NCBI GenBank assembly: GCA_001776635.1
Contig: MFCP01000040.1
Location: forward strand, 12,552-53,666
Direction: 5' to 3'
DNA from: Candidatus Daviesbacteria bacterium RIFCSPHIGHO2_01_FULL_40_11
Lineage (GTDB): Bacteria > Patescibacteriota > Microgenomatia > Daviesbacterales > UBA10151
DNA: 41,115 nucleotides
Shown: positions 1 through 10,031 of the stretch, in pieces
Numbering within the stretch: the first letter of the stretch is position 1
How the letters are laid out: each line of letters opens with the position of its first letter
Notes under the pieces: model-generated
What the model was told of the DNA's origin: nothing
Databases searched by the model: none
Seen by the model: only the letters and a program-made list of their open reading frames with translations
Translations under genes and position numbers: made by a program

Positions 1-1
1 G

Positions 2-322
2 TATGCCTTAGTGGGAATCGTTAGCGCTTTAAAAGAAGAACCCAATTTAAAATTTCACTTTTTTGCAGGGTTACTGGCAATTATAGCCTCTGCTGTTTTG
101 AATATCTCCAGAGAAGATTGGATGATAGTTATTTTCCTGATTGGGTTTGTAATTTCAGTTGAACTAACTAATACAGCCATCGAAGCGGTAGTTGATGCAT
201 TTACAGACAAAGAACACCCCGGGGCAAAACTGGCCAAAGATATCTCGGCCGGGGCAGTTTTGATGGCCGCCCTAACTTCCGCAGTTGTAGGGATCATAAT
301 ATTTTTACCATACCTCAGATAA
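2..322 (+). CDS. dgkA: Diacylglycerol/undecaprenol kinase (DgkA family), 5' end truncated by window
   Basis: Motifs EPNLKFH, ELTNTAIEAVVD, AKLAKDISAGAV; three hydrophobic helices; frame open from base 2 (YALVGIVSAL). Confidence 0.9.
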   Translation, partial: YALVGIVSALKEEPNLKFHFFAGLLAIIASAVLNISREDWMIVIFLIGFVISVELTNTAIEAVVDAFTDKEHPGAKLAKDISAGAVLMAALTSAVVGIIIFLPYLR

Positions 323-843
323 TGGACAATGTAAGCTTATTCTTCCTTATATTTAATTTAAATGGGCGTTTTCCAGTTTTAGACAACCTCATGGTTTTTG
401 GGGCCACATCCCTATTTTATCTTACAGCCTTTTTAGTTTTATTCTTAGGTCTTAAAGGCAGCACAAAGGACAAAAAAGCTTGTCTATTAATACTTTTGGG
501 GCTACCTATTGCTATTTTACTCATCAAGTTTATACATCTTTTTTTCTATGAAAGCCGCCCCTTTGTAACTTTTAATCTCTCTCCGATAGTAGCTGCAGAA
601 GCAGACGCATCATTTCCATCCAGACATGCAGTTGTCTCCTCCGTTTTAGCCTTTGCTTTCGCTTATTTTAAATCAAAATGGGCCTTGCTTTTAATCCCTA
701 TAGCGGCTTGTATAGGATTTTCCAGGATTTATGTTGGTGTACACTATCCCCTGGATATAGTCGGAGGATTTGCAGTTGGAGCAATTTCTTTAATTTTTGC
801 ATTAAGAATTAAAGAATATTTAAGGATTTATCTTTTGAGATAA
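322..843 (+). CDS. PAP2-family membrane phosphatase (undecaprenyl-diphosphatase/BcrC-like)
   Basis: K...RP, SFPSRH and SRIYVGVHYPLD motifs; hydrophobic; start overlaps dgkA stop (TAATG). Confidence 0.88.
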   Translation: MDNVSLFFLIFNLNGRFPVLDNLMVFGATSLFYLTAFLVLFLGLKGSTKDKKACLLILLGLPIAILLIKFIHLFFYESRPFVTFNLSPIVAAEADASFPSRHAVVSSVLAFAFAYFKSKWALLLIPIAACIGFSRIYVGVHYPLDIVGGFAVGAISLIFALRIKEYLRIYLLR

Positions 844-2106
844 CCTTTGCAGTGCCAAGATATAAGCCGCTGTCCTAAGATCCACTTTTCTATCTTGATA
901 AATTTTCCAAATTTCCTCAAATGAGTGTTCCATTTTATTTTTCAAATCTTTATTTACCTTTTCTAAACTCCACCTCTCGCCCTTGACATTTTGTAACCAT
1001 TCAAAATATGACACGATCACTCCGCCGCCATTGCATAAAACATCCGGCACCACTAAAATTCCTTTTTTGTTTAAGATCTCATCCGCTTCCGCGCTGACCG
1101 GGCCATTAGCCATCTCAAAAATTATTTTGGCTTTTATTTTACTGGCATTTTTGTTAGTTACCACATTTTCCAAAGCAGCAGGAATCAGAATATCTACAGG
1201 CAGCTCCAGAAGCTGCTCGTTTGAAACGATACCACCTTTCTTTTTCTCTGCCAGATCACAAACAGAACCGATGCAATAACAGCCGGCCAAGAATCCTTTT
1301 TCTTCTCTACATTTTTTCACCAGTTCAATATTGAATCCAACCCCGCTATTCTCAAAAATTCCACCGCGAGAGTCAGAAACTGCTACCACTTTGAATCCAT
1401 TTTGATAAAGTATCTTCGCCAGATGTGACCCCACATTACCAAACCCTTGTATTGCCACAGTTAGCGGTTTCTTAAGACTTAAGCTTTTTATCAATTGCTC
1501 TAAAATAAAGAACCCTCCCAACCCTGTTGCTTCCTCCCGTCCCAAAGATCCCCCATTTCCCACCGATTTCCCAGTCACTACTGCCTTCAATTCATTTTTA
1601 TTGTATTTAATTTTGAATTTTGAACTTTGAATTTTGAATTCTTCTGCCATCCAATCCATAATTTTGGAATTGGTATTAACATCCGGTGCCGGCACGTCGA
1701 TTTCTGGTCCAATGTTCGGCGAAAGCATTTGGGTAAAACTTCTGGTCAATCTTTCCAGCTCTTTTTCGGAAAGCTTCTTAGGATCAATTACTATACCGCC
1801 TTTGCTGCCGCCAAAAGGATTATCTACTATGGCATTTTTTATCATCATCCAAAAGGCAAGAGACTTAACTTCATCCATATCAACATTAGGATGAAATCGC
1901 AAACCTCCTTTGTAAGGACCTAACAAATTATTATGTTGGACCCTGTAACCTTCCATCAGCTCCACGTTACCCGAATCGCGCTTTAATGGGAAACTCACTT
2001 CGATAGTCCGCTCAGGAGTTGAAAGAGATGTTAGAAACCAATCAGGAATTTTTTCATATTTTGCCGCCTGTTTTAAGCGTTTCAGTGCTGATTCAAAAAT
2101 ATTCAT
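820..2106 (-). CDS. gdhA: Glu/Leu/Phe/Val-family glutamate dehydrogenase
   Basis: GYRVQHNNLLGPYKGGLRFHP, GGSKGG, DVPAPDVNT, IQGFGNVG, EMANGP, NGGGVIVSYFEW. Confidence 0.93.
   Translation of the reverse strand: MNIFESALKRLKQAAKYEKIPDWFLTSLSTPERTIEVSFPLKRDSGNVELMEGYRVQHNNLLGPYKGGLRFHPNVDMDEVKSLAFWMMIKNAIVDNPFGGSKGGIVIDPKKLSEKELERLTRSFTQMLSPNIGPEIDVPAPDVNTNSKIMDWMAEEFKIQSSKFKIKYNKNELKAVVTGKSVGNGGSLGREEATGLGGFFILEQLIKSLSLKKPLTVAIQGFGNVGSHLAKILYQNGFKVVAVSDSRGGIFENSGVGFNIELVKKCREEKGFLAGCYCIGSVCDLAEKKKGGIVSNEQLLELPVDILIPAALENVVTNKNASKIKAKIIFEMANGPVSAEADEILNKKGILVVPDVLCNGGGVIVSYFEWLQNVKGERWSLEKVNKDLKNKMEHSFEEIWKIYQDRKVDLRTAAYILALQRLSQKINP
1604..1638. repeat. In-frame heptamer tandem repeat (YTTTGAA)x4 plus one degenerate unit within gdhA
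   Basis: tatttaa ttttgaa ttttgaa ctttgaa ttttgaa; encodes FKIQSSKFKIK. Confidence 0.8.
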
Positions 2107-2109
2107 AAG

Positions 2110-3372
2110 TTACTTCAAAATACTCTCAAACTTACTAGAATCTTTAAAAGGACCAATGACTTGAAGATTATATTTTTTTCTTACGAACAGTTGCCTTGCC
2201 AAATTTTGTAAATCTTCCTTGGTTATTTTATCTATTTTTTGTAAGATTTCTTCAAACGTTTCTACCTTTCTATCCAAGACAAAATTGGTGCCAAAATATT
2301 CTGCCAAAAAATTTGTGGATTCGGACTGCAGGGCAATCCTTCCCCTGATCATTTCTTTGGCTTTTTTAAGTTCCTCATCTGTAACTTTTTCGGAAGTCAA
2401 AATCTGAAGTTCTGCTAAAATTACTTCTAAACCCTCATATACTTTTTCCAGTTTCAACCCTCCATAAACAGTAAATGCTCCCGTGTCTTTATAGGTTCCA
2501 TGATTGGCGCCTACATGATAAGCCAAGCCCCTACGCTCCCGAACCTGGATAAATAATCTTGAGGACATTCCCTCACCCAAAAGAATAGACAGCACTTTGG
2601 CAACGTAACGCTTGCTATCATACCGGTCAAACCCTTCCATCCCTAAAACAAGGTTCGCTTGATCGGTAGCTTTGTAAAAAACATTAACTTTAGGTTTTTC
2701 TTGCCCCATTTTCTTAAAAGGTTTAAAAGCATACTTACGTCTTTCCGGAAGATTCAAAAAATAATCTCTGGCAAGTTTTTCAATATCTTTAGGCAATTTT
2801 CCTACAAAAACCAATGCCATGTTGTTGGGCGAATAGAGTGAATCCATGTAAGAAACCATTTCTTCATGGGTAACTGATGCAACTGTTTTCTCGTCACCCC
2901 CAATATCCCAACCAAGAGGCTGGTCGCCGAATTGTAACCTTTCATATAATACCCAAACGAATCTGGCCGGATTATCCTTATACATTCTCAGTTCTTCTAC
3001 GATCACTCCTTTTTCTCTTTCAATTTCTTCTCTAGAAAGCAGGGATTCTTTAACCATCGAGGACAGGATGTCGGCGGATAATTCTACGTGTTTAGCAGCT
3101 GATTTAATCCAATAATATGTTACTTCCTTATCTGTGGCAGCATTATTGACAGCTCCGATTCCGTCAACTAAAGTGGCTATTTGCTCGGCACTGGGATATT
3201 TTCTGGACCCTTTAAAAAACATATGTTCCAGAAAATGCGACATACCGTTAATCTTTTTTGTTTCATAACGGGATCCGGCACCTACGGCAACCAAGGTCGT
3301 CACCGAATCAAGATGTGGCATATCTACCGTAATTAATGTTAAACCATTTTTTAAAGTAGTAATTTTATGCAT
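2110..3372 (-). CDS. M16-family (pitrilysin-like) zinc peptidase
   Basis: Inverted zincin HFLEH; SSRLFIQVRERRGLAY motif. Confidence 0.92.
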   Translation of the reverse strand: MHKITTLKNGLTLITVDMPHLDSVTTLVAVGAGSRYETKKINGMSHFLEHMFFKGSRKYPSAEQIATLVDGIGAVNNAATDKEVTYYWIKSAAKHVELSADILSSMVKESLLSREEIEREKGVIVEELRMYKDNPARFVWVLYERLQFGDQPLGWDIGGDEKTVASVTHEEMVSYMDSLYSPNNMALVFVGKLPKDIEKLARDYFLNLPERRKYAFKPFKKMGQEKPKVNVFYKATDQANLVLGMEGFDRYDSKRYVAKVLSILLGEGMSSRLFIQVRERRGLAYHVGANHGTYKDTGAFTVYGGLKLEKVYEGLEVILAELQILTSEKVTDEELKKAKEMIRGRIALQSESTNFLAEYFGTNFVLDRKVETFEEILQKIDKITKEDLQNLARQLFVRKKYNLQVIGPFKDSSKFESILK

Positions 3373-4027
3373 GGATGCGTCTTAACATTTCCTCCACTGT
3401 CTGTTCAATGGTTAAATTGGAATTATCAATTACGATGGCGTCTTCCGGGATCCTTAGCGGTGAAACTTCGCGCGTCTCGTCTTGTTTGTCCCGCTCTTCC
3501 ATGGCCGCCAAAACATCCTCATATTTTACAGCAGGGTCTTTTTCAACCAGCTGCTTAAATCGCCTTCCGGCTCTTTTCTCTACTGAAGCAGTTAGATAAA
3601 ATTTGTGTTTTGCCTGCGGAAAAATCTCCGAACCAATATCCCGGCCTGTCATCACCGTACTTTTGGATTCCACTAATTCATATTGGATTTTTTTAGTTGC
3701 CTCACGGACTTCTTTGATGGCAGAAACCATCGGTACTATTTTCGTTACCTCCGGATCATGCAATAGATTGGTTAAATCCTCATCGTTTGCGTAAAACCTT
3801 TGCGCGCTGTCTTCCGATTTAATCTCGATCTGAAGGTTTTTATATATATCAACTACTTTTTCCAGATCATCAAGTGTAATGTTATTTTTTAGGATAAAAA
3901 AACAACCGGCCCGGTAAATGGAACCGGAATCAATATATTGGTAGCCCAACTTTTGGGCCAATAAAAAACCGACACTATTTTTGCCGGAAGATGTCGGCCC
4001 GTCAATAGTTATAACTTGCGTTTCCAC
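3365..4027 (-). CDS. cmk: Cytidylate kinase
   Basis: ITIDGPTSSGK, YIDSGSIYRA, GRDIG, RDKQDETREVSPL. Confidence 0.93.
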   Translation of the reverse strand: METQVITIDGPTSSGKNSVGFLLAQKLGYQYIDSGSIYRAGCFFILKNNITLDDLEKVVDIYKNLQIEIKSEDSAQRFYANDEDLTNLLHDPEVTKIVPMVSAIKEVREATKKIQYELVESKSTVMTGRDIGSEIFPQAKHKFYLTASVEKRAGRRFKQLVEKDPAVKYEDVLAAMEERDKQDETREVSPLRIPEDAIVIDNSNLTIEQTVEEMLRRIHA

Positions 4028-4072
4028 TAAGGAGATAGTTTACCATAATTTAGCTCAAAACTGGAATAGAAA

Positions 4073-4459
4073 TTACTGAGATTGTGGAGGGACTGACTGT
4101 ATAAATTCAGCTATAGATACATAAGAAGCACTCGCTGGATCCAAGGCACTCAAATGAAGCCTAAGATTGCGCACGACAGTTTCTTGATCTCCGACTAAGA
4201 CATGCCCCTCACTAACACCAAACAAAAACTCATCTTTACCATTTGCCCTATAAGGTATTTGAGATTCAACTTGAAGTAATTTCACCCCTGAGATTCTTGC
4301 TGCTGTTAGATCTAATTCTAAAGGATAGCTTGCTCCGTCTGGATAAACAGCTTGGTTACCCTCAGTTGTAGATACAACTGCCATTAAAGGGGTAGGAAAA
4401 ATATTAAACAGAGGATTCACATAACCTATTAACCTCATTTCTGCTTCTTGCGAACTCAT
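4073..4459 (-). CDS. Hypothetical protein (ORFan-like)
   Basis: 128-aa ORF filling the cmk-cysS gap; TGtTATATT -10-like box 6 nt before ATG; no recognised motif. Confidence 0.6.
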   Translation of the reverse strand: MSSQEAEMRLIGYVNPLFNIFPTPLMAVVSTTEGNQAVYPDGASYPLELDLTAARISGVKLLQVESQIPYRANGKDEFLFGVSEGHVLVGDQETVVRNLRLHLSALDPASASYVSIAEFIQSVPPQSQ

Positions 4460-4490
4460 AGGGTGAATATAACATACTGAAAAAAACTTT

Positions 4491-5888
4491 TCAACTATGG
4501 GATGACGTGGCTTTTATTCTTGGGCCTTCCGGAGTATCTTCTATTCCATAACCCAGCTTTTTGATTTTCTTACGCAGTTCATCTGATTTCTTAAAATCTC
4601 CTGATTTTCTGGCTTGCTCCCGCTGATTTACTAACTTTTGCACCTCAGCCGGCACCTCTATCTTTTTTCCTAAATACTCCTCCAGTTTTAGTCCCAAAAC
4701 TTTATCCATTTCTAAAATTGATTTGGCTTTGGCAGAAGATGGATAGTCGGACTTAACCATATCCCAAAGTACTGCCAGGGCTTGGGGGGTATTTAGATCA
4801 TTATTTAAAGCTTCCATAAAATCCTGCTCATATTGTGCGCAGCCAATTTTGAGTTCATCCCAATCCCTGATAATCTCTCTTAAATTATCTAAAGCATTTT
4901 GGGCTGCTTCCAACGACTTCCAGGTAAAATTTAGCTTATCTCGCCAGTGGGCAGTTAAAAATAAATACCGAAGAGCCAGTGGATCAAAACCTTTCTTCAC
5001 AATTTCATCAATCTTGTAAAAATTCTTTTTAGACTTGGACATTTTTTCCCCATCAACTATCAGGAAATTATGGTGGACCCAGTATTTAACAAATGGTTTT
5101 CCCGACGCTCCTTCGCTTTGAGCAATTTCATTAGGGTGGTGTACCGGAATATGATCAATTCCCCCTGTGTGAATATCAAAAGAATCTCCTAAATATTCCA
5201 TACTCATGGCGGAACATTCAATGTGCCAACCGGGAAACCCTTCTCCCCAAGGAGAAGGCCATCTCATTGTATGATCCTTAAAATGGCCGACTGTAAAAAA
5301 CCAAAGAGCAAAATCTTGCGGATTTTTCTTTTGTTTATCTACAAAGACATCTTCTCTGGCACCTATTTCTTTCTCTTCTAACTTCTGTCCGGATAACTTT
5401 GAATAATCGGCAAACTTACTAATATCAAAGTAGATGGCATGAGTTGTTTGATAAATAAACCCATTTTTTTCTAATCTGTGGATCAATTTAATTTGTTCTT
5501 TAATATGTTCCGTAGCTTTGGCTACGATATTCGGCCTTTTGGTATTGACTGTTTCAACTGACTTCCAGAAATAATCTTCAAAAAATTTAGCAGCTTCCCA
5601 GACAGATTTCCCCGACTCCCTCGCACCCTTTTCCATTTTATCCTCACCCGCATCTTCGTCGGAAACTAAGTGTCCAACATCGGTAATATTCATGACATGC
5701 TTTACCTCGTACCCGTTAATTTCCAAAATCCGTCTTAAAATATCATCTCCAACATATTTCCTGAGATGGCCGATATGTGTATAGTCATAAACCGTCGGAC
5801 CACAAGAGTATATTCCCACTTTTGGTGGATTAATTGGTTCAAAGTTTTCTATTCTTCGAGTTAAGGTGTTGTAAAGTTTTAGCATCAT
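4491..5888 (-). CDS. cysS: Cysteine--tRNA ligase
   Basis: [25 protein letters not shown]. Confidence 0.97.
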   Translation of the reverse strand: MMLKLYNTLTRRIENFEPINPPKVGIYSCGPTVYDYTHIGHLRKYVGDDILRRILEINGYEVKHVMNITDVGHLVSDEDAGEDKMEKGARESGKSVWEAAKFFEDYFWKSVETVNTKRPNIVAKATEHIKEQIKLIHRLEKNGFIYQTTHAIYFDISKFADYSKLSGQKLEEKEIGAREDVFVDKQKKNPQDFALWFFTVGHFKDHTMRWPSPWGEGFPGWHIECSAMSMEYLGDSFDIHTGGIDHIPVHHPNEIAQSEGASGKPFVKYWVHHNFLIVDGEKMSKSKKNFYKIDEIVKKGFDPLALRYLFLTAHWRDKLNFTWKSLEAAQNALDNLREIIRDWDELKIGCAQYEQDFMEALNNDLNTPQALAVLWDMVKSDYPSSAKAKSILEMDKVLGLKLEEYLGKKIEVPAEVQKLVNQREQARKSGDFKKSDELRKKIKKLGYGIEDTPEGPRIKATSSHS

Positions 5889-6289
5889 CCTCCCACTCCT
5901 CTTTTGAATTCTACCTTTCCGGCATACGCAACTACCGGATTAACTGGTTGTTTTTTCTTTTCTTCTTTTTTTATTTCAATAACCTGTTTTTCCTGCTGCT
6001 GTACTTGAATTCTTTGCATTTCTTTTTGTTTATTTTGCTGCCTGACCATTTTTTGCGCTTGGTCTGTTTGCTGATAAAAAGCTATTTTTCTTCTGGCCTC
6101 GGCTATTTTCTTTTGATCATCGGCTTGCTTTTGCTGAATCTGTTGAGGAGTAAGTTGTGTGCCGGTTGCTGACTGGGCACCCTGTTCCAAGGCTTGTCCC
6201 AAAGAGTCTTTAACCTCTTCCGTAACCTCTTTTACGACTTCAGCTGTTTCCTCTGCAACTTGTTTTATCCCACTTCCTAAATCAGCCAT
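5885..6289 (-). CDS. Hypothetical Q/K/E-rich coiled-coil protein
   Basis: 134 aa; ATGA-type overlap with cysS; TGcTAGAAT 6 nt before ATG. Confidence 0.7.
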   Translation of the reverse strand: MADLGSGIKQVAEETAEVVKEVTEEVKDSLGQALEQGAQSATGTQLTPQQIQQKQADDQKKIAEARRKIAFYQQTDQAQKMVRQQNKQKEMQRIQVQQQEKQVIEIKKEEKKKQPVNPVVAYAGKVEFKRGVGG

Positions 6290-6306
6290 GGATACATTCT
6301 AGCATA

Positions 6307-6903
6307 TTAATATTCCTTTCTACCCTCCAGCGCCCTAGATAAAGTTGTCTCGTCTGCATATTCCAAATCCGATCCGACCGGCAAACCTCTGGCTATTCTG
6401 GTTATTTTAACTCCTAAAGGAGTAATTAACCTTTGGATATACATGGCAGTGGCCTCTCCTTCCATGGTCGGATTTGTAGCCAGGATGATCTCTTTAACTT
6501 TGTTACCTCTCAGCCTGGGCAAAAGTTCTCTTATATGAATCTCCGACGGTCCAATATTTTCCAAAGGTGATATAACTCCATGTAAAACATGGTAAAGTCC
6601 CTTAAAGTTTGCTTTCTCTAAAGCCAAAACATCCAACGGATTTTCTACCACTGCAATAACTTCTTTGTCACGACCGGGATCGGAACAAATTTGGCATGGA
6701 TCTTCTTCGCCAATGTTAAAGCAAATTGAACAAATCTTTGTTTTCTCCTTCATCCCCAAAGCAGCCTCAGCCAAAGCCTTGGCTTCCTCTATGGGAGCAT
6801 GTAGAAGATAGTAAGTTAGCCTCTGGGCAGTCTTTGGCCCAATACCGGGCAGTCTTTCGAAAGCCTCTATTAAACTTCGTACACTCTTGGGAACTTGCAC
6901 CAT
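6307..6903 (-). CDS. recR: Recombination mediator RecR
   Basis: LPGIGPKTAQRL HhH, C4 zinc finger, ATNPTMEGEATA TOPRIM, LEYADETTL. Confidence 0.97.
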   Translation of the reverse strand: MVQVPKSVRSLIEAFERLPGIGPKTAQRLTYYLLHAPIEEAKALAEAALGMKEKTKICSICFNIGEEDPCQICSDPGRDKEVIAVVENPLDVLALEKANFKGLYHVLHGVISPLENIGPSEIHIRELLPRLRGNKVKEIILATNPTMEGEATAMYIQRLITPLGVKITRIARGLPVGSDLEYADETTLSRALEGRKEY

Positions 6904-6945
6904 GATGAAGCAAATCTTAGCACTTTTTTTAATATTCTTCGAGTG

Positions 6946-7434
6946 TTAAAAGTCACAATTAGGAGACATCTTAGATCTGATAAACCCAATACCTGCAGCT
7001 AATCTTCCAACTAGGGAGTTCTCAAACCTACTTCTCTTGTCTTCTGCCTGAATCTGTCTCACTTGACCCTCTAAACGATCAACTATCGCAGGATCTATTC
7101 TTGGGTCATATAAATAAAGCGTATATTGATCTCCATATTTTACCCCTCTTGGCGTAACATCAACTTCATTTCCTCCCCTATGCATTCTATAATTGAAACT
7201 GGTATCTCGCCTAACCAGAAATACAGGCATTGAATTATTTGGTAATCCTGGCAAAGGATCTGGACGACTACACATAAACGATCCCTCTTGTGGATGATAA
7301 TTTGATGGTTTGTGTATAGAAAGCACTCCCTCTCGAAGATCTGCTATATCCGTAAGAGCCATAGCTACTTCTCTTTCATTAGTTCCTTTAATCTCAATAG
7401 TTAGTATTCTTGTTTCAGGATTATTATTATTCAT
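6946..7434 (-). CDS. Hypothetical protein (ORFan-like) between ybaB and recR
   Basis: 162-aa ORF filling the gap; no recognised motif. Confidence 0.6.
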   Translation of the reverse strand: MNNNNPETRILTIEIKGTNEREVAMALTDIADLREGVLSIHKPSNYHPQEGSFMCSRPDPLPGLPNNSMPVFLVRRDTSFNYRMHRGGNEVDVTPRGVKYGDQYTLYLYDPRIDPAIVDRLEGQVRQIQAEDKRSRFENSLVGRLAAGIGFIRSKMSPNCDF

Positions 7435-7435
7435 T

Positions 7436-7714
7436 TTACATCCCTGGGATTCCCATCCCGCCCATTAAGCCTTTCATTTCATCTGCTGCCACTTTTTGAG
7501 ATTGCTTTAAGGCTTCATTGATCGCTTCTGTAATTTTTCCAAAATCCGCCTCTCCGGAAATTGACTGGACTTTTTGATCCGCAGTCATTACCACAGTTAC
7601 ACCTTTGTGTTCAATAGTAATCCTAATTCCAGACAGCCTTTTCTGCACCTCCATGGCCTGATCTCTCATCTTCTTAAGATCCCCTAATTGTTTTAAATTG
7701 TCCATGAAACCCAT
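7436..7714 (-). CDS. ybaB: YbaB/EbfC-family nucleoid-associated protein
   Basis: Size, M/G-rich C-terminus (GGMGIPGM), AINEALKQ helix, position near recR. Confidence 0.85.
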   Translation of the reverse strand: MGFMDNLKQLGDLKKMRDQAMEVQKRLSGIRITIEHKGVTVVMTADQKVQSISGEADFGKITEAINEALKQSQKVAADEMKGLMGGMGIPGM

Positions 7715-7717
7715 AGG

Positions 7718-8557
7718 CTATTTCGTACTCCTTTTGGCTGATTCTATCACATTTTCAAGAAGTGATACAATTGTTAAAGGCCCAATCCCACCGATTGTGG
7801 GACAATATAATTTGGCAATTTTGCTAATTTCCTCCTCATTAATATCTCCATAAATTTTTTTCTTTCCCTCCACTATCTCTCTGCCAACACCTACTCCAAT
7901 TACATACGCTCCTTTTTTAACATTTGATGCATTCACAATATTTTTAACACCTGTTGCAGAGATCACTACATCTCCACGTTTGATTATGGTATTAGGATTT
8001 TCTGTTTGGCGGTTAATACTAAAGACTTCAAATCCATGATTTTCCAAAGTTTGAGTAATTGGCCCGCCTGCTGTTTTACCCCTTCCCAAAACCACAATTT
8101 TTTTATTTTCTAGAAACTCTTCCGTCTTCGAAAATCCTTCAAGGTAAGCGAAAGCTGTCAGCATCTCCCAGGTAGCCAAAGCTGTTGCTTTTCCGTACGG
8201 CGACTCCTCGCTAAACCCATCAACATCTTTTTTGGGGTCAATCTTAGAGACTAAATTGTCAAAATCCCAACCCTTATATATCGGGTATTGGATAATCATC
8301 CCGTGGACACTTTTGTCTTCATTCAACCTCTCAATAGTACGCACACACTCGTTAAATTGGTTTTCGGAGAATTCAAGAAATATAATCTTAACTCCGATTT
8401 GCTTAGCCCTTTTTATCTTAAAATCTACATAAATCCGGGAGGCCGGGTCTTCTCCCGCCAAAATTATGGCAAATGTTGGTTTAACTTTTAACTGTTTTAC
8501 CTTTTCTTTGAGTTTTTTTGCAATAGCATCAGCAACTACTTTACCTGATACCTTCAT
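7718..8557 (-). CDS. folD: Methylenetetrahydrofolate dehydrogenase/cyclohydrolase
   Basis: DPASRIYVDFK, PKKDVDG, GGIGPLT. Confidence 0.92.
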   Translation of the reverse strand: MKVSGKVVADAIAKKLKEKVKQLKVKPTFAIILAGEDPASRIYVDFKIKRAKQIGVKIIFLEFSENQFNECVRTIERLNEDKSVHGMIIQYPIYKGWDFDNLVSKIDPKKDVDGFSEESPYGKATALATWEMLTAFAYLEGFSKTEEFLENKKIVVLGRGKTAGGPITQTLENHGFEVFSINRQTENPNTIIKRGDVVISATGVKNIVNASNVKKGAYVIGVGVGREIVEGKKKIYGDINEEEISKIAKLYCPTIGGIGPLTIVSLLENVIESAKRSTK

Positions 8558-8569
8558 AAATGATTATCC

Positions 8570-8638
8570 TTCGAGCGAAGCGAGAAGTTACCTAAAGAAA
8601 TGTTATAGTCTTTAAGGTAGGTTCTCACTACGTTCGAA
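8570..8638. repeat. Intergenic REP-like imperfect palindrome (glyA-folD)
   Basis: Arms TTCGAGCGAAGCGAGAA / TTCTCACTACGTTCGAA, inner stem TACCTAAAGA / TCTTTAAGGTA. Confidence 0.8.
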
Positions 8639-8650
8639 CAATAATGATTC

Positions 8651-9943
8651 TCAATCATTTATCCCCGGTACCGGAAATTTTCCGGCAAAGTTTTCTACTT
8701 CTTTTCTAATCCTCTTCAGATTTTTGTTTTTGTGTAATTTAATTTTGATTTCCTTTAAGAAATCCTTTCTTTTTTCTTGTTTCCTTGGCAAATCAAGTCC
8801 CCTGATTTCTTCCAATACTCTCTTAATCCAATCAGCAATCTTAACCATATCCTCCTCCTTCATTCCTCTTGAAGTTAGAGCCGGTGTCCCCAGGCGAATG
8901 CCTGACGGGTAAAAAGGCGAAGCAGGTTCTCCCGGGATTGTATTTTTATTAACTGTAATACCGGCCTCCTCCAAAGCATATTGGGCTTGATAACCCATGC
9001 CGTATCCGTATTTAGTTAAACTGAAAAGTATCAGGTGAGTTTCCGAAACAGTCCCTAACTCTTTGGCCAAAACTGCTGCATTTTTAGCCACCTGTATAGC
9101 GTATTTTTTAAATGAAGGCTTTAATGCCTCCTCCAAACTTACTGCAATAGCTGCGGTTTGGTGGTTGTGTGGCCCACCCTGAATGCCAGGAATTATCGCC
9201 CTTTCAATTTTTGACTTTATCTCCGAATCTCTCTTCAACCCTCTTTCGGTTACTAAAATTATCGCTCCTCTCGGACCTCTCAACGTTTTATGCGTTGTTG
9301 TCATAATGATATCAACATCAGGCACGGGTGATTCGTGTACACCGCCAATAATTAAACCGGTGATATGGGAAATGTCTGCTACCAAGCTCGCTCCAACCAT
9401 ATCGGCAATTTTTCTAAACTTTTTGTAATCCAACTTAAAAGGATATGCCGTTGTTCCAACCCAAATTAGTTTTGGTTTATGAATTTTGGCTAACGTTTCC
9501 AACTCCCCAAAGTTAATTTTCCAATCATCACCAACTGTATAATTAACAGCCTTATAAAAAATACTGGAAAAGTTTAAATTAGCGCCGTGGGTTAAATGTC
9601 CGCCGGAAGAGAGTGCCAGTCCCATCACCACATCGCCCGGTTCACAAACTGCCATGGTAATAGCCAGATTGGCCGGAGAACCGGAATAAGGTTGCACTAG
9701 GGCAACCGGCACTCTAAATAATTTCTTGGCTAAATCGCAAGCGTAATTTTCAATCTTATCTATAATCTCATTCCCACCATAATATCTTCTGCCGGGAAAA
9801 CCTTCCGAGTATTTGTTGGTTAAAATAGAACCCAAAGCTTTTAAAACATCTTTGGAAACATAATTTTCCGAGGGGATCATCTCCAAACCATACTTTTGAC
9901 GATGGGCTTCTTCGGAAATTAATTTAAAAACCCTTGATGCCAT
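8651..9943 (-). CDS. glyA: Serine hydroxymethyltransferase (start could be 9955)
   Basis: IPSENY, NKYSEGFPGRRYYGG, GGHLTHG, TTTHKTLRGPRG, SGIRLGTPA. Confidence 0.97.
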   Translation of the reverse strand: MASRVFKLISEEAHRQKYGLEMIPSENYVSKDVLKALGSILTNKYSEGFPGRRYYGGNEIIDKIENYACDLAKKLFRVPVALVQPYSGSPANLAITMAVCEPGDVVMGLALSSGGHLTHGANLNFSSIFYKAVNYTVGDDWKINFGELETLAKIHKPKLIWVGTTAYPFKLDYKKFRKIADMVGASLVADISHITGLIIGGVHESPVPDVDIIMTTTHKTLRGPRGAIILVTERGLKRDSEIKSKIERAIIPGIQGGPHNHQTAAIAVSLEEALKPSFKKYAIQVAKNAAVLAKELGTVSETHLILFSLTKYGYGMGYQAQYALEEAGITVNKNTIPGEPASPFYPSGIRLGTPALTSRGMKEEDMVKIADWIKRVLEEIRGLDLPRKQEKRKDFLKEIKIKLHKNKNLKRIRKEVENFAGKFPVPGIND

Positions 9944-9996
9944 GAAGGAATTCATTGTTAATCAGGAGTAGTTAATTGTCAAGAGGAAATTATGTT

Positions 9997-10025
9997 TTGA
10001 TTAAATCTTTCATTCCTGCTACTAT
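9997..10025 (+). promoter_or_regulatory. Sigma70-type promoter, leaderless arrangement
   Basis: TTGATT-N17-TACTAT with TG extension, 6 nt before ATG 10032. Confidence 0.6.
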
Positions 10026-10031
10026 AACTTC

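Noticed and set aside
820-843. Convergent 3' overlaps (PAP2/gdhA; also 10864-10871 and 23672-23675)
   Set aside because: Short tail-to-tail overlaps are ordinary in compact genomes.
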